From Eubacteriales bacterium (GTDB lineage Bacteria > Bacillota > Clostridia > Saccharofermentanales > UBA5734), in NCBI GenBank assembly GCA_028685755.1, contig JAQUDJ010000007.1, forward strand, positions 8,680 to 72,679: a stretch of 64,000 nucleotides of DNA, in the 5' to 3' direction. Positions 34,006-43,427 of the stretch are shown piece by piece. The position numbers and the translations under genes were made by a program. The notes beneath the pieces were generated by a model that worked only from the letters and a program-made list of their open reading frames with translations, did not search any database and was not told where the DNA came from. How positions within the stretch are numbered: position 1 is the first letter of the stretch; every line of letters starts with the position of its first letter.

Positions 34006-35325
34006 TTATTCGAGTGTAGCGTAGTAATCAGTGAACGCTGTGGCCAATTCTTCACGGGTTGAATCTTTGTTGATGTAAGCCTGGACAGATGGGCCGAGGA
34101 TATTGTAATAGTCGCCAGCGCTGACATAGTTGGTCGGGAAGTCAAGGGTAGCACCTTTGCCAATGGCATCAGCAATTGCAGCGCCGAGTGGGTTGGTGAC
34201 TTTGTTTGGATTATTCTTGAAGGCGGAGATGATTTGGGATTGGTTAACAACGAAGTCCATACCTTTTTCGTCGAAGACCATCCATTCGAGGAACTTTTCA
34301 GCAGCAGCTTGTTCCGCAGGTGTGGCGTTCTTGTCGATGATGAAAACCTGAGTTGGGCCAACAGACAGCTTGCCAGCATTGACATCAGCAGCGTCATTGG
34401 TGAACGGAACTGGGATAAAGCCAAAGCTAGATTCCGGAGCGGCTTTCAGGGAATCAAATGCCCAGTTGCCATTGAAGAGCATTGCAGCTTCGCCGTTGCC
34501 AACTTTGACATGAGCTTCGTCATAGTATGAGCCGAGCGGGCGTTCGCCGTAGACATTATATTTAGCGTCTGCGAGGACGTCCATGGTGTCATAGTAGCCA
34601 TTCCAGACTGCATTGTTGATGTAGTCGAAATTGCCAGCCTTAAGATCAGCAGCAAAAGCATTCTTATCAGTGGCCTGATTGATGAATTGAGCGCTGTAAT
34701 GGTTAGAAACTGACCAAGCTTCGGTCTGATAGGCGATCGGTTTTTTCACGCCTGAAGCAATGATTTTGTCGAGAAGTTCGACAAACTGATCACGGGTTTT
34801 GATTGAGAGCGGGTCAAAGCCAGGTACAGCTTTTTCAACAACGGCTTTGTTGTAAACGAGGCCGAAACCTTCAATTGCAAACGGGAAGCCAACAACTTGG
34901 CCAGCAACGTTTTTGAAAGCTGAGGTTGTTTCAGCGATCCACGGTGCGCCATCCATTGAGGCAACGGTGTCAACGAATTTGTCGTTAACTGCATAAGGTT
35001 CTACCATGGCCAATGTGACGATTTTGCCGGATGAGGTCAGTTTGTCATAAATGCTGACCGTGTCACCAACAGTGACACTGTACATTTCGACGGTGATGTT
35101 TGGATTGAGTGCCATAAAGTCTTTGGCAGCCTGATCGAACTGTGCAGCAATTTCACCTTTACCGTTGGTAACGATGATAGTAACTGGTTCGTCAGCAACA
35201 GCAGCTGTTGTTTCTGCAGGTGCAGCAGTAGTTTCTGCGGGTGCAGCTGTGGTTGCTGCGGGAGCACATGCGGTCATCGAAATTGCGAGTGCGAGCAACA
35301 GAACGAGTGCGAGAATCTTTTTCAT
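34006..35325 (-). CDS. Carbohydrate ABC transporter substrate-binding lipoprotein
   Basis: Lipobox LALAISMTAC, a linker with the tandem repeat TTAAPAE x2, then an SBP family 1 fold. It is the first gene of the operon, and no ATPase gene is present in the locus. Confidence 0.9.
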   Translation of the reverse strand: MKKILALVLLLALAISMTACAPAATTAAPAETTAAPAETTAAVADEPVTIIVTNGKGEIAAQFDQAAKDFMALNPNITVEMYSVTVGDTVSIYDKLTSSGKIVTLAMVEPYAVNDKFVDTVASMDGAPWIAETTSAFKNVAGQVVGFPFAIEGFGLVYNKAVVEKAVPGFDPLSIKTRDQFVELLDKIIASGVKKPIAYQTEAWSVSNHYSAQFINQATDKNAFAADLKAGNFDYINNAVWNGYYDTMDVLADAKYNVYGERPLGSYYDEAHVKVGNGEAAMLFNGNWAFDSLKAAPESSFGFIPVPFTNDAADVNAGKLSVGPTQVFIIDKNATPAEQAAAEKFLEWMVFDEKGMDFVVNQSQIISAFKNNPNKVTNPLGAAIADAIGKGATLDFPTNYVSAGDYYNILGPSVQAYINKDSTREELATAFTDYYATLE

Positions 35326-35810
35326 GTTTCCTCCTCTTAATATGACAGATCAATCTATTGCAAAGCTTAAATTGATTCTGTCAGGTGTTTTACAGCGGAT
35401 CAATTCCAGTTCTATTCAATAAAGATGAATTGCAACCGATTGCGCTGATGTATTTGTATCATAACATAAACTTCATTAAAGTGACATTTTGCACAAACAT
35501 GTTTTATTACATATTTTTATATTAATTATTACATTGGATAACTTTAACAGCCTTTTTCAAGCACACATTGTTCTGTTTGGAACGATTTCCAGATTTCTGT
35601 CATTCGTATGTCCTATGACATGGCATGACATATTGCACAATTTAGGGGGTATTAATATTTTGGGAAATTTGGGGGTCTTACTTTTTTAACATAACATCGC
35701 TGAAAACAATTGCATCTTTAACTCATTATTCCGATTCATAGGTTACTGTTCTACTTGATTTTATTGCATTATAATAAGAATTACTTTTATTAACAGGAGG
35801 ATTACTACAC

Positions 35811-36350
35811 ATGAAATTCAGATGTACAGTTTGCGGTTATATCTACGAAGGCGAAGCCGCACCGGAATTCTGCCCGCAGTGCAAAGCACCTGCTAGCAAA
35901 TTTGTCAAAGTCGAAGAGGGCGCCATGAACTGGGCTGCTGAACACGTCATTGGGGTTGCCAAGGGTGTTGATCAGCGTATTGTCGAGGGCCTGCAAATGA
36001 ACTTTATGGGCGAATGCACCGAAGTTGGTATGTATTTAGCCATGTCCCGCGCCGCTGACCGTCAAGGATATCCTGAAGTAGCCGAAGCTTACAAACGTAT
36101 TGCATACGAAGAAGCTGATCACGCCGCTCGTTTCGCTGAAATGCTCGGAGAAGTCGTTAGTGCTGACACCAAGGAAAATCTCCGAGTCCGTGTTGACGCT
36201 GAATACGGCGCAACTCAGGGCAAAGTTGACATCGCCAAGCTCGCTAAAGAACTCGGCTATGACGCCATCCATGACACCGTCCATGAAATGGCTCGCGATG
36301 AAGCTCGTCATGGTAAAGCCTTCAAAGGCCTGCTCGAACGTTACTTCTAA
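35811..36350 (+). CDS. rbr: Reverse rubrerythrin (N-terminal rubredoxin-like Cys4 domain plus ferritin-like di-iron domain)
   Basis: CTVCGY...CPQC at the N-terminus. Di-iron E..H motifs (YEEADHA, EARH) follow. AGGAGG ribosome-binding site. Confidence 0.9.
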   Translation: MKFRCTVCGYIYEGEAAPEFCPQCKAPASKFVKVEEGAMNWAAEHVIGVAKGVDQRIVEGLQMNFMGECTEVGMYLAMSRAADRQGYPEVAEAYKRIAYEEADHAARFAEMLGEVVSADTKENLRVRVDAEYGATQGKVDIAKLAKELGYDAIHDTVHEMARDEARHGKAFKGLLERYF

Positions 36351-36375
36351 GTCGCAGCAACGTCACAGCAAAATA

Positions 36376-36410
36376 AAGGGACAAAGCACACTGTGCCTTG
36401 TCCCTTTTTT
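36376..36410. terminator. Bidirectional rho-independent terminator (rbr / secF convergent)
   Basis: AAGGGACAAAGCAC pairs with GTGCCTTGTCCCTT (one mismatch), followed by TTTTTT. Confidence 0.65.
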
Positions 36411-36470
36411 GTTAATTAAAATGCTCAATGCTCAACTCATGAGAGCAATCAGGTAGCGTTTAGCTTCAGA

Positions 36471-37394
36471 TTATGATTCGTATCCAGTACGACCACCACG
36501 TGTTTTCCACATGACCCATAATGGCCCAGCGAGGAAAATGGTCGAATACGAGCCACTGATCAAACCAACCATCATGGGCAGCGAAAATTCTTTGATACTA
36601 TCGATGCCATAAAGTGTAGCGAAAATGTAAGCGACGGTAATCGCACCGAAAGTCGCCAAGCTAGTGTTGATCGAACGGGTTAAGGATTGATTGATTGACA
36701 AATCGACCAGTTCATCCAATGGCATTTTGCCGTGATGAATCCGTTCATTTTCACGAATTCGGTCATATACAACGATGGTATCGTTGATTGAGAAACCGAG
36801 AATCGTTAACACAACAGCGATCAAAGATTCGTTCAATGGAATGCGCATAATAACAAAGGCGAAAAACGCAACGAATACGTCATGGAAAAGAGCGACAAGA
36901 GCCATCATTCCAGCAGACGGACCAGACATACTACGGAAACTATACCAAACATAGGCTACGATCAATACCGACGCAATCAATATTGCCCAGAGTCCTTTGA
37001 TTAGCAATTCGCGACCAATAAAGGGATCAACGAGATTCGCTTCTTCTAAAGTAAATTTGATATCGGGGAAAGTCGTGGCCAGGGTGTCTTTCAAAGCAAT
37101 TTGTTGATCCGGCGTCAGCGCTTCAGATCCAGCCACATTGACAACTAGAAATTTGCGACTATCACCCAGCGTGACCGTTTCTTGACAACTGACTTCATGC
37201 TCAATCGATGCGCCAATCGCTGATTCAGCTAGATTTAGGTCAACAGATCCTTCGTAAGCGTACTTTAAAATGCTGCCACCTTTAAACTGGATATCCATCT
37301 TGATACCAAAAAGCACCGATACGAGGATACCAATAACCATGAAAGCAGTCGAAAATATGAATGACCATTTGCGAAGTCTATAAAATTTAATCAT
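36471..37394 (-). CDS. secF: Protein translocase subunit SecF
   Basis: 307 aa with the SecF topology and motifs (FKGGS, INDTIVVYDRIREN). Confidence 0.9.
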   Translation of the reverse strand: MIKFYRLRKWSFIFSTAFMVIGILVSVLFGIKMDIQFKGGSILKYAYEGSVDLNLAESAIGASIEHEVSCQETVTLGDSRKFLVVNVAGSEALTPDQQIALKDTLATTFPDIKFTLEEANLVDPFIGRELLIKGLWAILIASVLIVAYVWYSFRSMSGPSAGMMALVALFHDVFVAFFAFVIMRIPLNESLIAVVLTILGFSINDTIVVYDRIRENERIHHGKMPLDELVDLSINQSLTRSINTSLATFGAITVAYIFATLYGIDSIKEFSLPMMVGLISGSYSTIFLAGPLWVMWKTRGGRTGYES

Positions 37395-38709
37395 TGGCCT
37401 TCACCTGCTTTCGGCCATAGAGCCAAGGATTCTGCAAGGTTGTGAAGCGGCTCAATGAGCCGATCATCATGCGGTTGAAAACAACGCCGGTCAAGCCGTT
37501 CAGGATAACACCCACGAGGAGCGAATAACCAAAGGAGAGCATGGCACCAGAGCCAAAAATCATCAATACGATTGCAGCGATCGCTACTGTGACGTTACCA
37601 TCGACAACCGCCGACAATGCTTTGTGAAAGCCGTTGCCGAGTGCGGTCATCAGCGAACATCCGGTATTCAATTCTTCTTTAATACGTTCAGCAATGATGA
37701 TGTTTGCATCAACACCCATCCCAATTGAAAGTATGATCCCCGCGATACCTTGTAAGGTTAAGGTCTGTTGGGGGATTGAAATTGCCAACAAGATCCCCAC
37801 CATTTGGCCGAGCAAGGAAAACACCGCTACGAAACCAGGGAGGCGATAATAGATCAGCATAAAGAGCATGATCAAGGCTAATGCGGTCATTCCAGCCATC
37901 GTCATAACGCGTAATGCATCTGCACCTAAGCGAGGGCTGATCGAACTTGAGCTGATTGCTTCAAGTGCAAACGGCAATGCACCTGCGCTGATTTTTTGAG
38001 CAAGATCTAAAGCTTCTTCTTGTGTACCGATATTGGTGATCATGGCACTACCGTCAGATATTTTACTGTTGACGCGCGGTGCAGAGATCAGGGTTTCGTC
38101 CATATAAATTGAAATTTGACCATTCGTTGCGACGAGTTCGCCGGTTGCGGTGGCGAACGCTGTCGTGCCTTCTGGGTCGAGTTCCAACAAGACAATCGGG
38201 TCGCCAGTCGTCTGGTCGAAAGCGGCTGTAGCTGAAGCAACGTTGGTGCCATCAATGACTTCAGTGCCGTCCGGATAGCGGAATGTCAATTTCGCCATTT
38301 CACCGAGTTCTTTTAAAGCAGCTTCAGGGTTGAAATCGGTCTCGTCAGACTTCCAAGGATAACGGACGATAATCCGACCATTGGAAGATTCAGTTGTGAT
38401 TTCACGGTCTAGGATATTGAGGTTGTCCATACGCAGTTCAATAACACTGCGCGCCGAAGCCAGATCTACTTCACTCGGAATTCCGTCGTAATTTTTAGCC
38501 GCAAAGACAGCTTCTACGCCACCGCGGATATCAATACCGAATCGGATTTTGTCAGCGCCATTCAATTCCAGATAACCATTTTCGCCCGGAATAGGGATAT
38601 TCAGGCCGAAAATACTGAGCAAAGTGCTCAACAGGATGATGGCTGCAACGATGAAGAAAGTAATTGGTCTGGCTTTGACTTTGGATTTGGAAAAATTTCT
38701 CTTAGCCAT
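37387..38709 (-). CDS. secD: Protein translocase subunit SecD
   Basis: 440 aa with GIDIRGG, a periplasmic-type P1 domain and GMGVDANIIIAERIKEE. It overlaps the secF start by 8 nt. Confidence 0.9.
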   Translation of the reverse strand: MAKRNFSKSKVKARPITFFIVAAIILLSTLLSIFGLNIPIPGENGYLELNGADKIRFGIDIRGGVEAVFAAKNYDGIPSEVDLASARSVIELRMDNLNILDREITTESSNGRIIVRYPWKSDETDFNPEAALKELGEMAKLTFRYPDGTEVIDGTNVASATAAFDQTTGDPIVLLELDPEGTTAFATATGELVATNGQISIYMDETLISAPRVNSKISDGSAMITNIGTQEEALDLAQKISAGALPFALEAISSSSISPRLGADALRVMTMAGMTALALIMLFMLIYYRLPGFVAVFSLLGQMVGILLAISIPQQTLTLQGIAGIILSIGMGVDANIIIAERIKEELNTGCSLMTALGNGFHKALSAVVDGNVTVAIAAIVLMIFGSGAMLSFGYSLLVGVILNGLTGVVFNRMMIGSLSRFTTLQNPWLYGRKQVKAND

Positions 38710-38749
38710 TGTCTAAGCACGTCCTTTCATAGGGTCACAACAAGCACCT

Positions 38750-38777
38750 ATTATAGCACGAATGACAAATGGCTCAA
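38750..38777 (-). promoter_or_regulatory. Candidate promoter for secDF
   Basis: Minus strand: TTGAGC, 16-nt spacer, TGcTATAAT (extended -10), about 40 nt upstream of the secD ATG. Confidence 0.4.
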
Positions 38778-38804
38778 GTAAAATTTAATTGTGGGCGTGC
38801 GAAT

Positions 38805-40037
38805 TTAGTTTGGGAAGCGTCGAACTGAGAGAATCGAGTAGCCTACATCATAAAAACTGGCCACGCTCGAGACAACAACACTGCGTTGTGATGTGGATGC
38901 GTGAATAACTTGACCGTCACCGATATAAATGGCGACATGGGTAATGCGGGAACGACCATCGCGCGGACGAGCATCAATGCACAGGACGTCGCCAGGTTCA
39001 GCGTTATCGATTGATACGCCCTCACCAGCGGAACCAAAACTTGCAGAAGAGCGCGGCACACTGACGCCGATTTGATTGTAAGCCCAATTGACCAGCCCTG
39101 AACAATCCATACCCTTGAGACTTTCGCTGCCGTAAACATAAGGGGTGCCCAAAGCTTGATAGGCTAGGTCAACAATGGTGTTGCCAGAACTGTTTGATGG
39201 AACATCAGAGCCTGTATCAGAATCGACTGCGTTCGCAGGTGTATCTGATTCAAGCGTGGTCTTGCTTGATGTATTAGCGATTTTGGTTAAATATTTTGAT
39301 GCAACATAACCTATCTGGCCGTCTTCTTGTTCCACACTTGACCATTCGTCGCCGATTCCGGTGCGGTGAAGTTTGCTGCCGGATTTGAGATTGACTAAGA
39401 TCGCTGATTCTTCATCATATGATGTTCGAACATTTAAAGATGTACCTTTGACATAGACGGTCTCGTCAACTTGTCGGAAAACCATTTCGGTGCTGGTATA
39501 CTCGGCACTGATAAAGCCGATTTGATCATCTGCCTCTACTTGTAACCAATTGCCGTATTCACCAATAACTTGAATACGATCGCCGCGTGTAATTTTAGCG
39601 ACAATTTCCCCTACAGTCGTGGCATCCGTGCGAACGTTGAGAACATCGGCAGCTATATACACTTGATAATCGACTTCAGTCAACACTGGCTCTGTAGACG
39701 CTGCCATCGCGGCATCTAGTCGGATCTCAGCAGACTCTACGCGGGTGTCTGTAGCAATATCTGATTGCGAACGATTGAGCGAGACATCTGTGTAGTCGAG
39801 TTCTGAAGCAGATAATGTAACCGGCAAAGTTGCCTGCAAGGTTGGATTTGAGCTGAGCGTTGTGTCAGCTAAAGCAACTTGGTTTTGTGCTTGCGTGATA
39901 CGTACTGGTGCGAATATCTCATTGAAACCTAAAGGCAGCGACAGCATCGGTAAAGCGATCACGACAGATGACAACGATAGAACGATTACGTTCCGGACGT
40001 TGGCAGTCATGGTTTTGCGAACTTTATATCGACGCAT
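38805..40037 (-). CDS. Secreted cell-wall hydrolase: SH3b repeats plus C-terminal NlpC/P60 domain
   Basis: N-terminal signal/TM segment. Three SH3b-like segments (LNVRT...G..L.V). The C-terminus has catalytic Cys context GMDCSGLVNWAY and HVAIYIGDG. Confidence 0.85.
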   Translation of the reverse strand: MRRYKVRKTMTANVRNVIVLSLSSVVIALPMLSLPLGFNEIFAPVRITQAQNQVALADTTLSSNPTLQATLPVTLSASELDYTDVSLNRSQSDIATDTRVESAEIRLDAAMAASTEPVLTEVDYQVYIAADVLNVRTDATTVGEIVAKITRGDRIQVIGEYGNWLQVEADDQIGFISAEYTSTEMVFRQVDETVYVKGTSLNVRTSYDEESAILVNLKSGSKLHRTGIGDEWSSVEQEDGQIGYVASKYLTKIANTSSKTTLESDTPANAVDSDTGSDVPSNSSGNTIVDLAYQALGTPYVYGSESLKGMDCSGLVNWAYNQIGVSVPRSSASFGSAGEGVSIDNAEPGDVLCIDARPRDGRSRITHVAIYIGDGQVIHASTSQRSVVVSSVASFYDVGYSILSVRRFPN

Positions 40038-40135
40038 GTTTTCTCCCTTTTACAATATTTTGCGCAGGCACACTTGGGCATTATAGCCGAATTTTGATGG
40101 ATGCGTCAAACTGACCGCCCGAAGAATCGTTGATC

Positions 40136-40164
40136 TTGACAGTGTTTTACACGCCCACTATACT
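40136..40164 (+). promoter_or_regulatory. Sigma-A promoter of the T-box leader
   Basis: TTGACA (40136-40141), 17-nt spacer, TATACT (40159-40164). Confidence 0.55.
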
Positions 40165-40170
40165 GAATTC

Positions 40171-40457
40171 AATTCATTTAGCCAAACCCTTGATCAGGAA
40201 AAGTACATCAGTCGAAGCGTTTCCAGCGAGTTGCCGATCGTGCGAGGGCAGTATAAGCGGACTGGTCGAATGGCCCTGAGAGGGCGGCCCGAACGGATCG
40301 AGAATCGATTCTAGTAGGCGTCGACGGGAAGCCGACCCGTTATCCAGCGGCCACGCAAGCGTTGCGTGAAACGAGTGGGATCTTTTTGAGATCCAATCCG
40401 GGTGGTACCGCAGGAGTTTACTCTTGTCCCTAATTTGCAGGGGCAGGAGTTTTTTTA
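40171..40457 (+). promoter_or_regulatory. T-box riboswitch leader, probable Trp (UGG) specifier
   Basis: Conserved T-box sequence AATCCGGGTGGTACCGC at 40395-40411. Terminator ACTCTTGTCCC...GGGGCAGGAGT plus T7 at 40420-40457. The Stem I model pairs ATCAGTC with GACTGGT, leaving GAA-TGG-C (TGG at 40271-40273) in the specifier loop. The downstream gene is trpB. Confidence 0.85.
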
Positions 40458-40550
40458 TTTTTAAAAGACCACAGCCTCAATCCAATTAAGAATTGCCCGT
40501 CTCAAACCACATGCAAGATCCGACTAAAGTCGGAACGAAAGGAGCCCATC

Positions 40551-41933
40551 ATGAGTAACATCCCTTACCGCACCTATCTGACAGAAGAGGAAATTCCGCG
40601 TTACTGGTACAACATGCGCGCTGACATGAAAGAACAGCATGACCCTTACATTCATCCAGGTCGCCTGAATGAAGTCGTTTTTGAAGATCTACAACCCGTT
40701 TTTTGTGATGAGCTGATTAAACAAGAAGTCAACTCGACTGATCGTCTGATCGAAATCCCAGAGGGTATTCGTGAAGTTTATAAAGTATTCCGCCCCTCCC
40801 CACTCTGTCGCGCTTATAACCTTGAAAAGGCGCTTGGCACACCAGCCAAAATTTATTACAAATTCGAAGGTAACAACACCTCCGGTAGCCATAAGTTAAA
40901 CTCAGCGGTGGCACAGGCCTACTACGCCAAAGAGCAGGGTATCACTAACTTAACCACAGAAACCGGCGCCGGTCAGTGGGGCACGGCATTGTCGATGGCG
41001 TCCAAGCTTTTTGGCATCGACTTGACCGTTTATATGGTTAAAGTTTCTTTCCAGCAAAAGCCTTATCGCAAAGCCATTATCGAAGTGTTTGACGGCAACA
41101 TTATTGCCAGCCCATCTGACACAACCGAAGTCGGTAAAATGATGTTAGCCAATGATCCTGATTCCGCTGGCAGCCTGGGCATGGCGATTTCTGAAGCAAT
41201 TGAAACAGCTGTTAAAACACCAAATACACGCTATGTTCTCGGTTCCGTTCTGAATCAGGTCCTCCTCCATCAATCCGTGATCGGCGTTGAAGCCAAAGCG
41301 GCTATGGAAAAGCTAGGCGAATACCCCGATATCATCATTGGTTGCGCCGGGGGTGGCTCAAATCTCGGTGGCCTGATCGCGCCATTTATGGGTGATAAGC
41401 TGCGCGGCGAAAAGAATCCTTACTTCATCGCCGCCGAACCGGCTTCCTGCCCCTCATTGACCCGTGGGAAATATGCATATGACTTTGCAGACACCGGTCG
41501 TGTTACCCCACTGACCCGCATGTACACCCTCGGCTGTGATTTCAAGCCTTCAAGCATTCATGCCGGCGGTCTCCGCTATCATGGGATGTCACCGATCATC
41601 AGCAAGCTTTACCATGACGGCTACCTCGATGAAGCTCGCGCCTATGGCCAAAATGCAGTTTTTGAAGCAGGCTTACTCTTTGCTCAACATGAAACAATCT
41701 TGCCTGCTCCAGAGTCCAGTCATGCAATTCGGGCGGCTATCGACGAAGCATTAAAATGCAAAGAAACCGGCGAAGCAAAAACGATCCTATTTGGCCTATC
41801 TGGCACCGGCTACTTCGACATGACCGCATACATGCAATATCGGAACGGTGAAATGGTCGATTATGTCCCCACCGATGCTGAACTCACCGAAAGCCTTCAG
41901 CACCTACCTAAAATCCCGGGCATTCAAGACTAA
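40551..41933 (+). CDS. trpB: Tryptophan synthase beta chain, TrpB2 (long, stand-alone) type
   Basis: 460 aa with PLP-lysine context GSHKLNSA and GGGSN. The N-terminal extension and overall length are typical of TrpB2. There is no trpA or other trp gene nearby. Confidence 0.9.
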   Translation: MSNIPYRTYLTEEEIPRYWYNMRADMKEQHDPYIHPGRLNEVVFEDLQPVFCDELIKQEVNSTDRLIEIPEGIREVYKVFRPSPLCRAYNLEKALGTPAKIYYKFEGNNTSGSHKLNSAVAQAYYAKEQGITNLTTETGAGQWGTALSMASKLFGIDLTVYMVKVSFQQKPYRKAIIEVFDGNIIASPSDTTEVGKMMLANDPDSAGSLGMAISEAIETAVKTPNTRYVLGSVLNQVLLHQSVIGVEAKAAMEKLGEYPDIIIGCAGGGSNLGGLIAPFMGDKLRGEKNPYFIAAEPASCPSLTRGKYAYDFADTGRVTPLTRMYTLGCDFKPSSIHAGGLRYHGMSPIISKLYHDGYLDEARAYGQNAVFEAGLLFAQHETILPAPESSHAIRAAIDEALKCKETGEAKTILFGLSGTGYFDMTAYMQYRNGEMVDYVPTDAELTESLQHLPKIPGIQD

Positions 41934-41984
41934 TTCGCAAGATAGACGTATCTCTTCTGTGTGAATTTAATTCTTACCATAATT

Positions 41985-42023
41985 AAAATCCGGATCGACC
42001 CAAATAGTCGATCCGGATTTTTT
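41985..42023. terminator. Bidirectional rho-independent terminator (trpB / HD-GYP convergent)
   Basis: AAAATCCGGATCGAC, 7-nt loop, GTCGATCCGGATTTT, with flanking A and T runs. Confidence 0.7.
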
Positions 42024-42039
42024 ATTTATTGACTACCTA

Positions 42040-43296
42040 TTAGGATCGAGTTTTCAAGATTAATATGGAGAGGTCATCTGCATTTTTATCAACATCATCA
42101 ACTAATTTGCTGTCTATTTTATTTTTAATGGCGAGGTCTTTCATGATTTCGATGGCCTTTAGTGGTAACATGCTTTCGCGATAGGGTCGGTCTTCGACAA
42201 GGGCGCTGAAAATATCTGCAACGGCTAAAATTCTGCTGCCTAATTCAATTTCGTGTGCTTTTAATTGGAATGGATACCCCGAGCCATCTAATGTTTCATG
42301 GTGTGTCCCAATCCAGTGTGCAATTTGTTCAAAGCCTTCAACCTTTTCAAGGATTCGCTGCGAATAATATGGATGCTGTTTAATGATCTCACGCTCTGTT
42401 TCTGACAGCGGGCCAGGCTTGTTCAGGATATCGTTAGGTACAGCTAACTTGCCAATGTCGTGAACTAATCCGGTCAAATAAAATTGGCTCGCTTCATCAG
42501 CGCTAAATCCGCGAATGAGTGCAAGTTTTTGGGCAACACGCGCTACATTCTGGGAATGTGCTGCGGTGAAATGTGAAGTTGAGTCGACAACACTTGAAAA
42601 GACATTAGCAACATGAATCAGATCCTCGAGCTCAAATGCGTATTTATCCCAGAATTTCAAATCGCTGAAGAATCGGTTCTCATTATTCAGAGTTACGACA
42701 TCAAGCCAAAAAACTTCACGTGCACCAACTTCTTTAAAGACGGCGACAAGGTCAGGATCAAACAACTCGGCAGTGCGTATAATTTGGTCGTATATTCTTT
42801 CGCGTTGCAGAAATATATGTTTTGAATTATCGATCAATACTTCAATACGATCAGATAAATGAATGATGCGACTCATGAGTGGAATATCTTTCCCAATAAG
42901 GCCACTTGGATTGCCACCGCAGAAGCGATCATGGTGATAGCGAATGGGGAGCGCTAAGTGCCCCAATTGTGGCGAGTTTTTGAGAATAGTGTATCCGTTC
43001 TCAGCATGATGAAAAATTTTATCGTTGTCTGTCGCATGGACAATATAATGTTTTTCATACCAATCGGCTGCAGCCCCGATGTCGTGAAGCAAAGCGGAGT
43101 AGACCAGCGTTTGGTCATCTCGTGTCGATAGATGCATGGCACGACCTATATAGCGGGCAATAATCGCTGTCCGTCGATGATGACTGGCAATTCCTGTTGA
43201 CGTCAATTCCAAAGCAGTTGAAAGTGCAGAGATGAATGTAACAGGATGGATATTTATCGATTCAAACATTGATGCCCCCAGCCCCTTAAAAGGCAA
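42040..43296 (-). CDS. Tandem HD-domain protein; C-terminal HD-GYP (c-di-GMP phosphodiesterase type), N-terminal copy degenerate
   Basis: The C-terminal half has HSQNVA...HDIGKLAVP...HHETLDGSGYP. The N-terminal half has HHRRTA...LHDIGAA...YHHDRFCGGNP, so the GYP motif is lost there. Confidence 0.8.
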   Translation of the reverse strand: MPFKGLGASMFESINIHPVTFISALSTALELTSTGIASHHRRTAIIARYIGRAMHLSTRDDQTLVYSALLHDIGAAADWYEKHYIVHATDNDKIFHHAENGYTILKNSPQLGHLALPIRYHHDRFCGGNPSGLIGKDIPLMSRIIHLSDRIEVLIDNSKHIFLQRERIYDQIIRTAELFDPDLVAVFKEVGAREVFWLDVVTLNNENRFFSDLKFWDKYAFELEDLIHVANVFSSVVDSTSHFTAAHSQNVARVAQKLALIRGFSADEASQFYLTGLVHDIGKLAVPNDILNKPGPLSETEREIIKQHPYYSQRILEKVEGFEQIAHWIGTHHETLDGSGYPFQLKAHEIELGSRILAVADIFSALVEDRPYRESMLPLKAIEIMKDLAIKNKIDSKLVDDVDKNADDLSILILKTRS

Positions 43297-43427
43297 ATGC
43301 TATTTATGATGATTTATTAGGTATTAAGACATGATTTTTTAATATTCTGTCTTCAGTATACTTGAACTTGCCGGAAAATACCGCCCCCTGCTATACTGTT
43401 TAAGTTATTTTAGGAGGGTTTGAATTC

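Noticed and set aside
33927-35267. Alternative-frame minus-strand ORFs within the sugar-binding lipoprotein gene (33927-34424, 34446-34661, 34746-34994, 35037-35267)
   Set aside because: They are on the same strand but out of frame with a clear SBP that has a lipobox. Their sequences are low-complexity (L/S/T/K/Q-rich).
35489-35689. 66-aa ORF in the 485-bp AT-rich gap upstream of rubrerythrin
   Set aside because: It has no ribosome-binding site and a hydrophobic, AT-driven composition. It lies in a promoter-like AT-rich spacer, so it is treated as noncoding.
35761-35800. PerR/Fur-like box (ATTATAATAAGAATTA) upstream of rubrerythrin
   Set aside because: Only one half-site resembles the TTATAAT-N-ATTATAA consensus, and the region is generally AT-rich, so a chance match is likely.
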